Source: Octopus sinensis
Lineage: Eukaryota
Assembly (NCBI RefSeq): GCF_006345805.1
Contig: NC_043008.1
Span: forward strand, 20,088,001 to 20,152,000
Direction: 5' to 3'
DNA length: 64,000 nt
Shown here: in pieces, positions 11,766 through 25,262 of the stretch
Layout of the letters: the number at the start of each line of letters is the position of its first letter
Position numbering within the stretch: position 1 is the stretch's first letter
The notes under the pieces: generated by a model
Seen by the model: the letters and a program-made list of their open reading frames with translations, nothing else
Told to the model about the DNA's origin: nothing
The model's database searches: none
Made by a program: the position numbers and the translations under genes

Positions 11766-12152
11766 AGAAAATTGCTATTTGTAAATCTCTCAACGACAGA
11801 CATTCAGTTACAGTACTCCAGAGTAATGATTATATGCCGTGACAGTCTTGGTTATAAGACGAACGTTACTATTATTTAGCCCCAGGAAACATCATTTCCA
11901 GCTGGCATTATCTGTGTCCTTATATTTGCGGACAAGGGAGTTAAGTATCCCCACTCAGCACAAAAGAATATCTGTGTATCCGGATGAAAGGAAATAACCC
12001 AGAAATCGTGGAACACAGATATGGCTTTGTGCTGAGTGGAGAAGCTAACCTCTATTGTTCGAAAATATGCGGATACAGTAGAATTCGTTCTAACCAGGAC
12101 TGTCACGTTATGTAGGCATATAATCTTTACACACAGGCACACACAAACACAC

Positions 12153-12223
<71 letters not shown>

Positions 12224-12312
12224 CGAAAGACGGTTTGAAAATGCAATTTTAAAATATGTTTATTTACTTTGGAAAAAGATTGTCAAAAGTAACATGTAGA
12301 AGTTTGGTTGCG

Positions 12313-12354
<42 letters not shown>

Positions 12355-12632
12355 GTGATGATGAGTAAATTGTCGCCATTTTATATATTTTTCGGACATG
12401 TGCATCGTTTGTGTTGGGTCAACTGTATGGTAGGGTCAGTTGAGCACTGTCTGTGAGAAAACTGAAATTACAAGGATGATCTGGAACACGACTGGGGAAA
12501 GAAAACTCCGAATGAGCCGTCCTTGGTTTCTTTATATCGTCTATCTGGTTATTTTGTTGTCTCTTTCTTGTATCAAATTAACTGTCTGGATGTTTTGTGT
12601 TCTTGTCCCATTTTGTATTTGTATATATACAT

Positions 12633-12788
12633 ATACGATGGGATTCTTTTCATTGTCCTCTACAAACCCACTTACAAGGCTTCGGTCAGCGCGTGGCTAC
12701 AGAAGAAGACAATAGACCCAGGTGCCACGCATTGGAACTGAGCCCGGAACAATGTAGTATGGAAGCCACACAGTCATGACTGCGCCCA
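12633..12788 (-). mobile_element. SINE family B head fragment, diverged
   Basis: ggtgccacgcattggaactgagcccggaac...ccacacagtcatgactgcgccc on +. Confidence 0.75.
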
Positions 12789-12934
12789 TATATATATATG
12801 TATGTGTGTTTATTTGTATGTTTATATGTATATATATATATTTATATATATGTATGTATGTATGTATGTATATGTATGTATGTATATGTATGTATGTATG
12901 TATGTATGTATAGATATAGATTATAGATACATAC

Positions 12935-12968
<34 letters not shown>

Positions 12969-13141
12969 AGATATATATATTATATATATATATAGATAGA
13001 TATATAGATAGATAGATAGAGAGATAGATATAAATATAATGATAAAATCTATATAAGAATTAAAGTAGCCAGCGTGAAAAACTAGTTAAGGGGAAAATTT
13101 ACACAAAATATATAATTGTATCATATTTAATACAAAATTCG

Positions 13142-13172
<31 letters not shown>

Positions 13173-13224
13173 GGTGTGTGTGTGTGTGTATGTGTGTGTG
13201 TGGGTGGGTGTGTATATTGTATTA

Positions 13225-13273
<49 letters not shown>

Positions 13274-13275
<2 letters not shown>

Positions 13276-13659
13276 TAGCAGTATCGCCCGGCGTTGCTCA
13301 GGTTTGTAAGGGAAATAACTATAAAGCATTTTTAGAGAGTTATAGCCGAAAAAATAGCAAAAAATGGAAAAAAAATGATGGTAAATTTTTTTTTGAGAGT
13401 AATAAAAGGTTGAGTTGCGTCCCCTAGACAGTCTGTGGTTTGTTTTTTTTTATTCTCGACCCCATATCGAATTTATCGATTTTTTTTCAGAACTGGGGGA
13501 ACTTTTCAAAATTTTCGCTGCGTTAGTTTTGAATTATGACATTGGGCTATGTGTGTGTCAAGTTTCATCAGAATCGGTTGAAAGCCGTGGTCAGGGTGCG
13601 GTACGAGAAAACAGACACACAGAAACACGCACAGACAACTGCCGTTTATATAGAGAGAG

Positions 13660-13661
<2 letters not shown>
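13274..13661 (+). mobile_element. Helentron-associated non-autonomous element (HINE/DINE-1-like)
   Basis: Starts ACTAGCAGTATCGCCCGGCGTTGCTCAGG (subterminal palindrome) after (TA)n; ends AAGTTTCATCAGAATCGGTTGAAAGCCG...ACAGACACACAGA...TTTATATAGAGAGAGAT, the typical HINE architecture. Confidence 0.75.
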
Positions 13662-13691
<30 letters not shown>

Positions 13692-14398
13692 TTACCGAGA
13701 GTCAAAACTCATACAACGGCTTTGTGTTCATACACCCGTCTTCGTCTTTTGTTTTTCTGTAAATTACAACTATATATACATATATATCATATATAATATA
13801 TATATTTATATATATGTTGTAGTATGTATGTATATGTATGTATTTATGTATGTATGTATATGTATGTATGTATTTATATATGTACATATGTTGCTTGTGT
13901 GTATTTATGAGTTACCGTACAGTTACTTTTCCTCCTATTTTTCTATGGTGTACGTGTAGGAAACCATATGAGTCAACTGGTATTCATGTAAAAAAAAAAA
14001 AAGCATGATTTAACTGACCACGAGAATATGGAAATCTGACAAGCTCTTTTACCACGCAGTGAAATCCGGTTCTCATTCAATGTGTTTCTTTTATAACATT
14101 ACACGTACGTTATTATTTGTTGCTATTGCTCCAATTCTTAGTTTTTTTCAATTCGTTTTTCTCTACTTTTTTTTTATAGAGTGACACAATTTCAGACAAC
14201 CTAATTACCAGGCAATAGGTGACTCTATATAATTTTTTATGATAGTACTAGAATCTCATTGTTACTTTGGTAGAAAAAGAAAAAAATTCAAGGAATTTTC
14301 CTTCTCTATTTCACATGATATTATTTTACTGCTAATGAACAAAAACATCGGTGCGAATTCCAGTAATAATGTACGGATATATTTGCACGCATCATATA

Positions 14399-14459
<61 letters not shown>

Positions 14460-14591
14460 ATAGATAGATAGATAGATAGATATAGATATAGATATAGATT
14501 GATATAGATATAGATAATTATACATACATATATATATATATATAGATAACATAAAGGGTGACATTAATTATTTGGAATAATTATCAATTAC

Positions 14592-14813
14592 ACCAAGTAG
14601 ATTTCGGCATGTAAAAGCCCCATTCGAGGAAAATTTAAGTAATACTAAGTAATTAAGGGTTTAGCAACGAATTGCCTCACCAACACACACCGAATTTAGA
14701 AATAGCAGTCAAAGAGGTATAGCCATTCCTTCTACTAAAAGGGGGATCTCAGTAAAACCCTTAATTACTTAGTATTCCTCGAATGGGGCTTTTACATGCC
14801 GAATCTACTTGGT
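14592..14813. mobile_element. MITE-like element with ~60-bp terminal inverted repeats
   Basis: accaagtagatttcggcatgtaaaagccccattcgagga...aatactaagtaattaagggttt (14592-14662) inverted at 14755-14813. Confidence 0.8.
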
Positions 14814-14846
14814 ATATATAGATAGATAGATAGATAGATATAAATA

Positions 14847-14907
<61 letters not shown>

Positions 14908-15532
14908 TATATGAAGGTATGTATGTATGTATGTATATAAAGTTAATCAGTCACACACGCACATGCACACACATATAAGTAAGCATATGCATGTACATAC
15001 ACGTGTATATACATATTTACAGATAAGTATACGTTGTTCGTATTTTTATATAAATGTGTGTTTCTTGCACTTTTAGGGAAATAATGGCATTCACCATTGT
15101 GAGTATTTCATTATATTTATGTTTCTTATGTACTTTAATTTTTTGCAGAAGTGTTGCTGCGTCATACCCTTTATTATGAATGACAAGAAACTCTTACTTT
15201 TGAAAAATGACAGTTACGAAGCTGTGTACACTGCGATGAATATTAATCATGATGATAATGATGATGATGAGGAAGAGGAGGGGGAGGAAGATGGTGGTGG
15301 TTGTGATGATGATGACGAAGAGGATAATGATGTTATTGAGTATCGCTGATGGTTTTTTCTCAATTATTAACAATACGGTTGATGACTGCTATCCGGTGGT
15401 TGCAGATCTTGTTGTTGCTCGCTCAGATCCTGGGTGTTTGCGTTTATTAGTTCGGATCTTTGCGGTTTATGAAGAAAACAATAAACCAAATAATAAAGTT
15501 GCTTTTTGCTAATATTATTCATGAAAAATATC

Positions 15533-15910
15533 GAGGCAGTGATCTGGCAGAATCGTTAGCACGCCGGACGAAATGCTTGGTGGTGTTTCGTCTGCCGCTA
15601 CGTTCTGAGTTCAAATTCCGCCGAGGTCGACTTTGCCTTTCATCGTTTCTGGGTCGATTAAATAAGTACCAGTTACGCACTGGGGTCGATATAATCGACT
15701 TAATCCGTTTGTCTGTCTTTGTTTGTCCTCTCTCTGTTTAGCCGCTTGTGGGTAGTAAAGAAATAGGCATCTCGTCTGTCGGTGCGTTCTGAGTTCAAAT
15801 TTCGCTGAGGTCGACTTTGCCTTTCATTCTTTCGGGGTCGATTAAATAACTACCAGTTACGTACTGGGGTCGATATAATTTACTTAATCCGCTTGTCTGT
15901 CCTTGTTCGC
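15533..15910 (+). mobile_element. SINE family A dimer
   Basis: Full monomer plus a second monomer from about 15768. Confidence 0.9.
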
Positions 15911-16273
15911 ACCGGTTTCGACGAAATCGACTAGTTCACATCCTCCAAATTTCATGAATGACCATGGGATTGCATCTAGAAAGTTACCCTCAGAGATACA
16001 ATTCCGGACAAGGTTGTTTATGGGAGGCCAGCAGTTGCCCATGCATACCAGCCTCCCCTCCCCACACCACTGATCTCATCCAAGGGAAAGGCCAAAGCCG
16101 ATAGAGCTTGTTACCAGTGATGTCCCAACTCATTTCTACATTTGAGTTTACTGGGACAATGTGAAATAACGTATCTTGTTCAAGAACACAACACGCAGCC
16201 CTGCCCGGGAATCGAACTCACAACCTCACGATCGTAAGCTGGACGCTCTAACCACCGAGCCATGCGCCTTCAC
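15911..16273 (-). mobile_element. tRNA-derived SINE family E (V-SINE-like centre) with a long LINE-derived tail
   Basis: Minus strand GTGAAGGCGCATGGCTCGGTGGTTAGAGCG...GAGTTCGATTCCCGGG...TGTGTTCTTGAACAAGATAC; related head at 53265-53478. Confidence 0.75.
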
Positions 16274-18089
16274 AACCTATTGTAGAAAGGATTATCTATG
16301 CACATTATGTTATTGTCATCCGAATCATATTTTTATGATTGTTGTTATGTTTGCTGTTCATATTATTTTAAATATTGAAATTTAAAGGAAACTCTTTGCT
16401 GTTCTTATTTTTTTCTCTGATTAGCTCTGCATCCGTCAATAATTCGGTATCGGACTTGTATCTAATTTATTACAGTAACTAAAATGGCATCATTGTTTGT
16501 TTTTCTTGTTTATGAAACATCCAAATAATCAAACTTGCCGGAATGCATTAAGTACTTGTATCGTTCGTTCGTCTAAATTTCCTATGTGTGAGTATCGACG
16601 CGACAGAACTCGTACATACCCTTGTTTCAATATGTTATGTGTAATATTTTGTGTATGGAAATATTCTTGCGTATGCGGCTTGAACGCAATAAACGCCTGA
16701 CAATAACAAAAAATATAAATTACGTGATAGTATGGAAATCCACGATGGAATTTCTAATTACTTCCTGTTAAGTAGAATCACTTTCGCACGGACAATACTC
16801 ATGGTACTTGTGGGGAGATAAACAGACTAAAACCAAAGTAATAGAAATTTATAATGCAATCTGACCCAATGTTTCACTATGACACCGAAGGACATATGAG
16901 AACGAGAATGAATCCGCGAGATAATGAAGCATAAAAGAGGAATAAAATAAATACCTAAAACAAAACTCGAAAACAAAACAAGTCTTTCAGTATCGGTCAG
17001 TGTTCATGGCTAGCATTGCGAAATTAAACCAATGACAAAGAAACAAATACCAATAAAATATCGATGAACAAGAAATGAAAACTAATAATGAATTCTTTGG
17101 AGTATGGCGCAAAACAAGCTTTGCGGAGGACATTATTGCCTTGCCTTTCTTGTATATATTTCAACCAAATACTTGGTTGGTGATTCTTTTACAGTAGAGT
17201 TTCAAAGCAAAACCAAAACTCTTTAAGATGTGCATGTATCAGTGAAGTATCCATTGAAATTAATTTTTATTTCATAATATATTACGTGTTGAAACTAATA
17301 TTCTATATTTTAAACATGTAATTGTATCGCGTAAATTAGATAAAGATGATCAACACAAAAACTTTAAGATACGAATTTCTTAAGTTAAACATTTCTAAGT
17401 TATCCATGTTCAAGTCAAATTAACAATAATTTAAATATTGTAAACAATTATGTTCGGTCTAAGTTCCAGATTAAAAATGTCTAAACGTCTGGGATGAAAT
17501 GTTTATAAGATTATGTTTGTTCCAATTTAATCCCAAATACATATGCGTTTACACGCACATTCACACACACACACACACACAAATACACACAGACACATAC
17601 ATACACACATGTACACTTTCCCCACACATATATTTATTATATTGTTTTAAAAATATAACTTTCCAGTTTGTGTGTAAATATGGAGAAAGCGTTCGTCTCT
17701 TAACATAAATGCCATTAAAACTGTTACACCAGAAGTTTGAAGCTGGGATATTATTATCAATTTCACTTTTTGCTGCGCGCCACGATAAGGCAATAAGTTA
17801 ATCTTACTTTCAAGTAATACAGGAAATAGGAATTTACTGGTTGATGCCTGTTGATGGACGAATTGCATATTATAATCACTAAGACGTTGTTTGAATTTAT
17901 TATAGGATATTTAAACGTTACAGCAACGTAGCGGATATGGGAACCGTACTGGTGTGCCTATGTGTGTGTGTATGTGAGATTTATTTGAGATTTACTGTCA
18001 GCAGCTTAAGAGGACAGCGAAGCTTTTGCATGTAACATTTGAAGTTACCTTGCGGAACAGTTATTTCCGCATGCTACTGAATCAGTTGT

Positions 18090-18192
18090 TGATGGCCCAC
18101 CCATGAGGAATCGATACTAGATGTGTCGAAGCACTTTTTGTGTTTAATAACAAATTCTCGTGTATTACAACTCCAGTCTTTCATTTGCCATA
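18090..18192 (+). mobile_element. Second copy of the 3' part of the 7683-7975 element
   Basis: ccatgaggaatcgatactagatgtgtcgaagc...aattctcgtgtatt...gtctttcatttgccata aligns with 7881-7975. Confidence 0.75.
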
Positions 18193-18642
18193 CGTGTGTG
18201 CGCGCGTGCGTATTTGTGTGTGTGTGTATTGTGTGTGTGCCTGTGTATTGTGTGCGTGCTTTCGCAGTCGATGGAATACCTTTGCTGTCAAAATAACAAT
18301 TACCACTTTTTTATACTGCATAACTTTAACGATATATTCCACTATGATGTCCCAAAGGAATACAGAAAATTTAGTGCTGTTTAATCGCCAATAGGCTAGG
18401 CTATAGCAGTTAATGTCTCGTGCAGTATCAAATTGATATTCTATATTTATCACCTCAAGTACTACTAGTACAAAAAATATATTTGGTATAACGTAAATGC
18501 TTATCTTTACTTAAGAGATATTTTATATATATACACATATACATACACACGCAAGCATATATGTATATAAATATATATATACATGTGTGTGTGGTGGAAT
18601 GTATTACCTGTGTATGTACATATGCATATATATATATATACA

Positions 18643-18700
<58 letters not shown>

Positions 18701-18799
18701 CATATGTATATATATATATACATACATACATACATATGTATATATATATATATAAAAGCAAACTAGCTAGTTAGGAAAAATTCTAGGAGAGATGAAAAC

Positions 18800-19206
18800 A
18801 GTATTTATTTTAAGAAGTAATGTTTCTGGATACCTCAACACGGATGTACCCTAGGGATCTATGTAATTGCTATTTTAAAGTATATATCTTCAGTCGATAT
18901 ATATTGCGATCAGAGAGAGAACTCCGCACTATCCATTAGCCACAAAACCACGGGTCCGTACGGTTTCGAACTCTTTGTGGTCATCCTCGGTAGTGGACAC
19001 TCGTGCGCTAGATACAGCAGTAGTTGAAACTGTATACTCTTGTCCTCTAGGGTCCAGAAGATTGTAGCCGAGTTCTGTTCCCACTAGCAATATATATCAA
19101 GTGCAGCTTATAGTAAGTTACCAGCAGGCGGTGGCGTTATCTTGGGGTTAAACTAGCACTAATGTCGGTTCCTAGGGAACTCCTTTGTAAAGGTGGTGAT
19201 AGACAT

Positions 19207-19253
<47 letters not shown>

Positions 19254-19336
19254 TATATATATCTGTGAGTGTGTGTGTGTATATATATGTATATATATAT
19301 AATATATATATATATATACATACATACATACATACA

Positions 19337-19370
<34 letters not shown>

Positions 19371-19930
19371 CACACACGCACATATATATTATATAAAGAG
19401 ACACACAGAGAAAAAGAGATAGAGAGACATAGAGAGAAATAGATAGATATATAGAAAAAAGGAAGAAAGAAAGAGTAGTAAGCAAGATATGAATATGCAT
19501 GTATAGGATCGTCTCCCAAAGGACTTCTACCGCCCTCTCCCTCATTACAATGCTAATCTTCAATGACCTTCGGTGGGATGTACCCCGCCAGTCTTCCTTC
19601 TCTAGTGAATGTCCTAATACAGTTGTCCAGATTGAGTAAGGAACGCATTGTAGAAATTTTATGCTGGTCGTCGCATAATCCATTATCCTATCCATTAAAC
19701 GAACTACCTTTCATATATTACGATGCCCTCATGCAAAACGAATCTGGTAATGGCGTGCTCAATTTACTTGATTCTGATTGGCTTCGGGCCACGTTTGAAA
19801 GATGCATCGGAATGGAACAAGGTATTATGTTTCTGTCCATATATCTGCAACAGAAACTCGAGACGTCGCATAAAGGGTATATAAAGGGTATCATATGTAG
19901 ACAGGTCGTTTATGGGGTCTGGTAGCTAAA
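18800..19930 (-). mobile_element. Probable retroelement relic (Penelope-like or LINE), split by a microsatellite at 19205-19455
   Basis: Higher-GC unique sequence. Minus frame DDQHKISTMRSLL...LAGYIPPKVIE loosely resembles the PLE RT C-terminus (HPxxHKxSxIRSL...NGYP). Hammerhead-like CCGAGGA...GAAACCGTA at about 18955-18990. Confidence 0.35.
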
Positions 19931-20433
19931 TTCTGTTCGGAAATAGTCTACAGTCGTGCACACATACATACTGTCACACATACACCCGCAAAGCACACAC
20001 TCATACACACACGCACGTGCGTGAACACACACAAACGCACACGCGAACACACACATACACATACCCACACATGGCAAATCAAATAACAAGGAACAACAAG
20101 AAAATCCCAGGAGAGGTTCACAGGGCAAAATTGTCACGATAGATCTCAAAGAAAACGTTAAACAATTAAAGTATAAAGTTTCGGACATATTCCTTCCTTG
20201 GATACGAAAGGAAATTCCAGGAGTGTCGAGGAAAGGAGGAAAATAAGAGAGAGAAAAGCGAGAAATATCACTCTTCGGTAGTAAGTTTAATGGGGTAGAG
20301 CTGTGACTTGTGATTTCAACCATGTATATATATATATAGGGAAGCTTTATGAAAATGTACAAAAGACGAAGGCAGGTGGAATACAAACAAACAATTGTAT
20401 TAGTATGGCGCTCAGGAATATAAATAAAACAAG

Positions 20434-20471
20434 TCTTTTACGTTTCGAGCCTACGCTCTTCAACAGAAAGA
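20434..20471 (-). ncRNA. Minimal type I hammerhead ribozyme motif (A6U variant)
   Basis: TCTTT-CTGTTGA-A-GAGC gtag GCTC-GAAAC-GTA-AAAGA: helix I 5 bp, helix II 4 bp, palindromic ACGT helix III, GUA site. Confidence 0.65.
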
Positions 20472-20638
20472 TACACAGAAAAGAAACACGGAGAGAAACA
20501 AGGAGAGAAATAAAATGCGTGCAGAAGCTAGCGAATCAACATGGCGAATCAACATATATATATATGTATAGAGCAAAGGGAAAACACAACAACGCGAGGA
20601 CGTATTGGACGCTCAGGAAAGGAAATAAAGAAGGAGGA

Positions 20639-20672
20639 TTTAGAGTTTCGAGCGTAGCACTTCGTCAGAAAC
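20639..20672 (-). ncRNA. Decayed minimal hammerhead motif
   Basis: TTT-CTGACGA-A-GTGC tac GCTC-GAAAC-TCT-AAA: core intact, helix III/cleavage triplet altered. Confidence 0.5.
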
Positions 20673-21481
20673 ATAGAATAAGGAAAAATCAAAGGAAGGG
20701 AAGACGGAGGAAAAAATCGCCAACGATACACGCGCGAGCACATATATATGTATATATGTATGTATTATGTATGTATGTATGCATATATTTGTGTATATAA
20801 ACGCACGCATGTATACATATGTACATTCATATACTTATGTGTGCGTGTGCATGTTTGTAGGTCTATAAGTATATAGAAACGGTTGCATTAAATAGTATTT
20901 CAATTGCCTCATCATGTCCATAAGATGTAGAATGAAGTGAACAGTAATGTTCTAACATGCCTAAAAGGCAATCTTTCGACTGGATTATCAGTGTCCTTAT
21001 CAGAATTGCTCTCTTCTTATTTCCATGTAGCTACTTCTAATTTTGCTTTATTATTATCGACTTTTACTTCGAGTTCACTTATTTCATAGGACCTAACACA
21101 AACTACGTAATGAAGCTCATGTATTTTGACTCCCTCTCTCTATATATATATCCATTTATATTTTGCATGTGATGAGAAAGCCTTCAAGTACAGCATACAA
21201 ATCAAATTGGTGCTTGAGCTGGCTTCCTGCATAATAAACTGGTAGCAATCAATATAAAATGTAGATTAATTCTTTCCTCCAATATAACGGTTGCAACAAG
21301 ATCTATGAAGAAAATTAAAACTGAAATTAACTCGCAAATTCCCTATTACACTAGAGTTGCATTCGTAAGGAACTATTTAGTAGGATCGTTAACCAGAAGA
21401 TACAATATATATACAGAGAGAGAGAAGGAAAGAGAGAGATACAGAAAAATACATATATATTTATACATACACACACATACA

Positions 21482-21524
<43 letters not shown>

Positions 21525-21561
21525 ATGTATATATATATATATATGTATATATACATACATA

Positions 21562-21944
21562 TAGAGTGCAAAAGTAGCTGTGTGGTAAGGTGGTAAGAAG
21601 CTTGCATCCCAACCATATGAGTCCGGGTTTAGTCCTACTGCGTGGCACCTTGGGCGAGTGGTTTCTACTAAAATCTCGGTAAGGCTTGTGAATGGATTTG
21701 GTAGACGGAAACTGAAAGAAGCCCGTCATATATATATATATATATATATATATAACATATGTGTGTATGTCTGTATTTGTGTGTCTGTGTTTGCCCCCCT
21801 CCCACCGTCGCTTGACAACCGATGCTAGTGTGTTTACGTCCTCGTAACTGAGAGGTTCGGCAAAAGAGACCGATCGTATAAGTACTAGGCGGTGCTTCAG
21901 CATGGCTGCAGTCAAATAACTGAAACAGGTAAAAGAATAAAAGA
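21562..21944 (+). mobile_element. SINE family B
   Basis: Head, CORE-like GCACCTTGGGCGAGTG, central microsatellite and tail present; small duplication GTGGTAAGGTGGTAAG. Confidence 0.88.
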
Positions 21945-23167
21945 TTACATCTGTATTTGCTTCCGCTGCATGCGTTCATTTATAGACATATGTTTCTGAA
22001 TACCTCGACTACTTTGCTTGCAAACCTCATGTTCTCTAAAAGCTATTTCTTGAAGGAGAGGAATGGCCGATATTGAGGCTTTAAGCCCTACAGGAAGAAA
22101 AGTCTGAAATTTGTAATTTGTCACATAAATCTTTGTTATCTCATAAACATAGAGTTCATATATTCCAGTAATTCAAACAGCAAAATAAATATGATTTTAC
22201 ATTACTATGTATTATTCTAATGCAATAAACATTATTTTACATGTATTATTCTAATGCAATAAACTTATTGATTATATACCCGACTCTTTGATAACGCGGA
22301 TGTTTATGATATAGAACAGCCAATTTGGATCCGGTTCATTCTTTTTTTAAACACTCTAGATTCTTATAAATCTTTATAGATGTTATATAAATCATAGGCG
22401 TTTCTATCACAGAAATATAGAAGAAATTATTTTGATCAGGTCCATATTCTCGATCGGAATTCTTTACAGTTGTTTCTACAAACCGTTCCAGGTATTACAG
22501 TTCTAGATCTGAGTAAATACTAAACATCCACTTAAAACAATGATTCCCGAAATACCGTGCAGAGAACATCATATTCACTGTCACTCATCATTCTAAAACT
22601 ATTGTAACTCTACACCTAAAATCACCTAAGAAAGTAACAGTTTTAAAATAGCAATTAACTAGTCAAGAGTTCCTGATTTTAACAATAATAACAGATTTAA
22701 CTATCGTACAAAAATAGAAGCTCTAAAAAGAATTTCAATTTTGAATTTTTATACAATCTTAAATTTATTCTAATTTACAATTGAAAAACATCGTGACTAA
22801 CATTAGTAATTGTTTCATTTTTGTGCTGCTGTTTTGAAAATATTAAATATTAATATGAAAAAAATATTGATAGTAAGCTATGGATTAAAGTTTTTATTAC
22901 CTAGAATTGCAAATTTATCTTTCCAAATAAATTACTACATCTGTAACCTAAGATTACGGTGAAGACACAATGCTGCAATAAGGACCCCTTCGCTATTTGG
23001 ATGCAGTAACATCTGTCGTAAATTGTATGGATTTGTATATGCTGAACAATCCAGGACCCACATCTTGGCACGCTTAAACACGCAATTCTCTCCCTCTCTT
23101 TCACACACACACCCACACCCACACACATACACATACATACACCAAATCTCAAACCCGCAAAGAATAA

Positions 23168-23403
23168 ATACCTATTTCTTTACTGCCCACAAGGGGCTAA
23201 AGACAGAGAGGACACACAAGGACAGACACACAGATTAAGTCGATTATATCGACCCCAGTGCGTAACTGGTACTTATTTAATCGACCCCGAAAGGATGAAA
23301 GGCAAAGTCAACCTCGGCCAAATTTGAACTCAGAACGCAACGGCAGACGAAATACGGCTACGCATTTCGCCCGCCGTGCTAACGTTTCTGCCAGCTCGCC
23401 ACC
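23168..23403 (-). mobile_element. SINE family A monomer
   Basis: Reverse complement of the full monomer. Confidence 0.9.
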
Positions 23404-23849
23404 AGAATAAATACCGCTAATTGCTTGGCCTTGTATTTCGTTTTGCAATATGGACTTACTTTAATTCTTATGAATTAAATGCAACGTCCTGTCGGTTTAA
23501 TTTGTAATTAATTATTCGTAAACGGAAATAAGAAGTCTGCTAAGCTGGAAGGTAAATTTCAAAATTCCTATACATATTTCAGATACTGCTAAACTTTTAG
23601 TGATTTAGAATAATTCAGAAATCTCCGAAAGTAAAAACACGATATTTCAAACAAAGTACATTCATTCAAAAAAAATACTTCAGAATATTATATGAAACCT
23701 TACATATGATTACAAAAGCTGAAAATTATGCATGACTGGTAAAGTCGGAAGTTATTTATCGGAAGACTTAGGAAAATTCAAATCAAATCGTATTGAGTTT
23801 AAAAGAATTACAGAAATTATATTTAACCATTTTGTGTAACATATAGAAA

Positions 23850-24260
23850 TAATTAAATGATGAAAGGTATTGAAAGATTTAAACGAGTCAGTTGAACAAA
23901 TCGAACAGCTTTGTAAATGATAGCCAATGTGTCCAGAAATTTTATTGGTATGAAAACCTTGCTATCGGGGTCTTTTTGTTTTGCCAATCAAAAATAGACG
24001 TGCAGAAATAGACCATTTTATGAAGACAATTTTGACTGGAATCGTTGTGTTACTTGATGTATCCATATTGAAGTAGCAATGAAGAGAACTCGTAGATTTC
24101 TCAGCTACATCTAAATCTCAAAGCAGTACCTTTACTGAACACACACACTGCATGCCTCATTTAGGGATTTGACAAAACAGAAAAATCAAGGCAGTGTATG
24201 ATGATAATAGATGCAGCTAAAATTACCATTTCGTTAAAAGCAAATATTGCATTTTTGTAA
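23850..24260 (+). mobile_element. Possible very decayed mariner transposase fragment
   Basis: Frame HFMKTILTG... resembles FLKRIVTGDE; many stops. Confidence 0.25.
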
Positions 24261-24850
24261 ATCTCGGACAGAAAATCGAACTTGAACCTTAATGTATAAA
24301 ATCTTTTAGTGGCTGTCAAAGGGACGAGTTCTGTTTAACTGAATCGATTAAGAAAAGAAATAACAAAATTATTTATTTAAAAATTCTCAACCTAGCAGAA
24401 TTCTTTAATTATGACAAGTGACTTGCAAATTTATCTATTTTTTAGATATATTTGACAAGTTTGATTAATTTAACGTCTTAGCAATGTGAGAGTAAATATT
24501 TATCAATCTGAAGCGTAAAATTGAAACGTTGATGAATAAAATCAACAAGTGGAAATGTGCTGCACTAATTGATAAAGTTGAGGTGTATCCATTTACTTAT
24601 ACCTTTTTCTATGAAAATAGTTTGAATGTTAATTCGTTTAGCACACAGTAGTCGAGAATTTACGCGTGTATGGAAAAAGGAATGACTGAAGATATTTATT
24701 TCTATGGACAATTCTAAATTAAATTGCGTCCAAATATCATTCGCAGACTATCTAGTGTAACTAACAAAGTGATTTAAGTGTCTAACAAATTTTCAGTGCT
24801 TTATTCGTATTTTCCAATAAATATAATTAAATTTTTTTTTTCTTTATGCG

Positions 24851-25143
24851 CCCTTTTCAAACCTAGCCAGGTTCATGGGCCCAGTTTCCCTGTTTCTGCG
24901 GTGTATATGTTCGCCCCAGCTGGACGGGACGCCAGTCCATCGCAGCGTTACCCAAGAAACAGGAAGAAAGAGTGAGAAAAAGTTGGGATGAAGTACAACA
25001 GGGGTCACCACCATCCCCTGCCAGAGCCTCTTGGAGCTTTAGGTGTTTTGGATTAAAAAAAAACACACACAACGCCCGGTCTGTGAATCGAAACCGCGAT
25101 CCTCCGACTCAGATGCCCTAACTACTGGGCCATTGCGCCTCCA
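24851..25143 (-). mobile_element. SINE family C
   Basis: GTGGAGGCGCAATGGCCCAGTAGTTAGGGCA head; tail GAAACTGGGCCCATGAACCTGGCTAGGTTTGAAAAGGG. Confidence 0.88.
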
Positions 25144-25192
25144 CAAATATAAATTTAGAATATATAATATTATCTGAATTAACATTGATATC

Positions 25193-25262
25193 TTTGAACT
25201 CAGAACGTAACGGCAGACGAAACACCGCCTGGCGTGCTAACGTTTCTACCAGCTCACCGTCT
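25193..25262 (-). mobile_element. SINE family A head fragment
   Basis: ttgaactcagaacgtaacggcagacgaaac...gctaacgtttctaccagctc on +; another decayed fragment at about 25696-25795. Confidence 0.75.

Larger units (their letters stand above)
20330..20745 (-). mobile_element. Small element made of two related ~200-bp monomers, each with a minimal hammerhead motif
   Basis: Both monomers read pyrimidine tract, then TTT-CTGWYGA-A-stem-GAAAC, then TTCCTGAGCG...AATAC. Confidence 0.7.

Noticed and set aside
19563-19925. 120-aa plus-strand ORF
   Set aside because: No motif; most likely the antisense of a retroelement relic.
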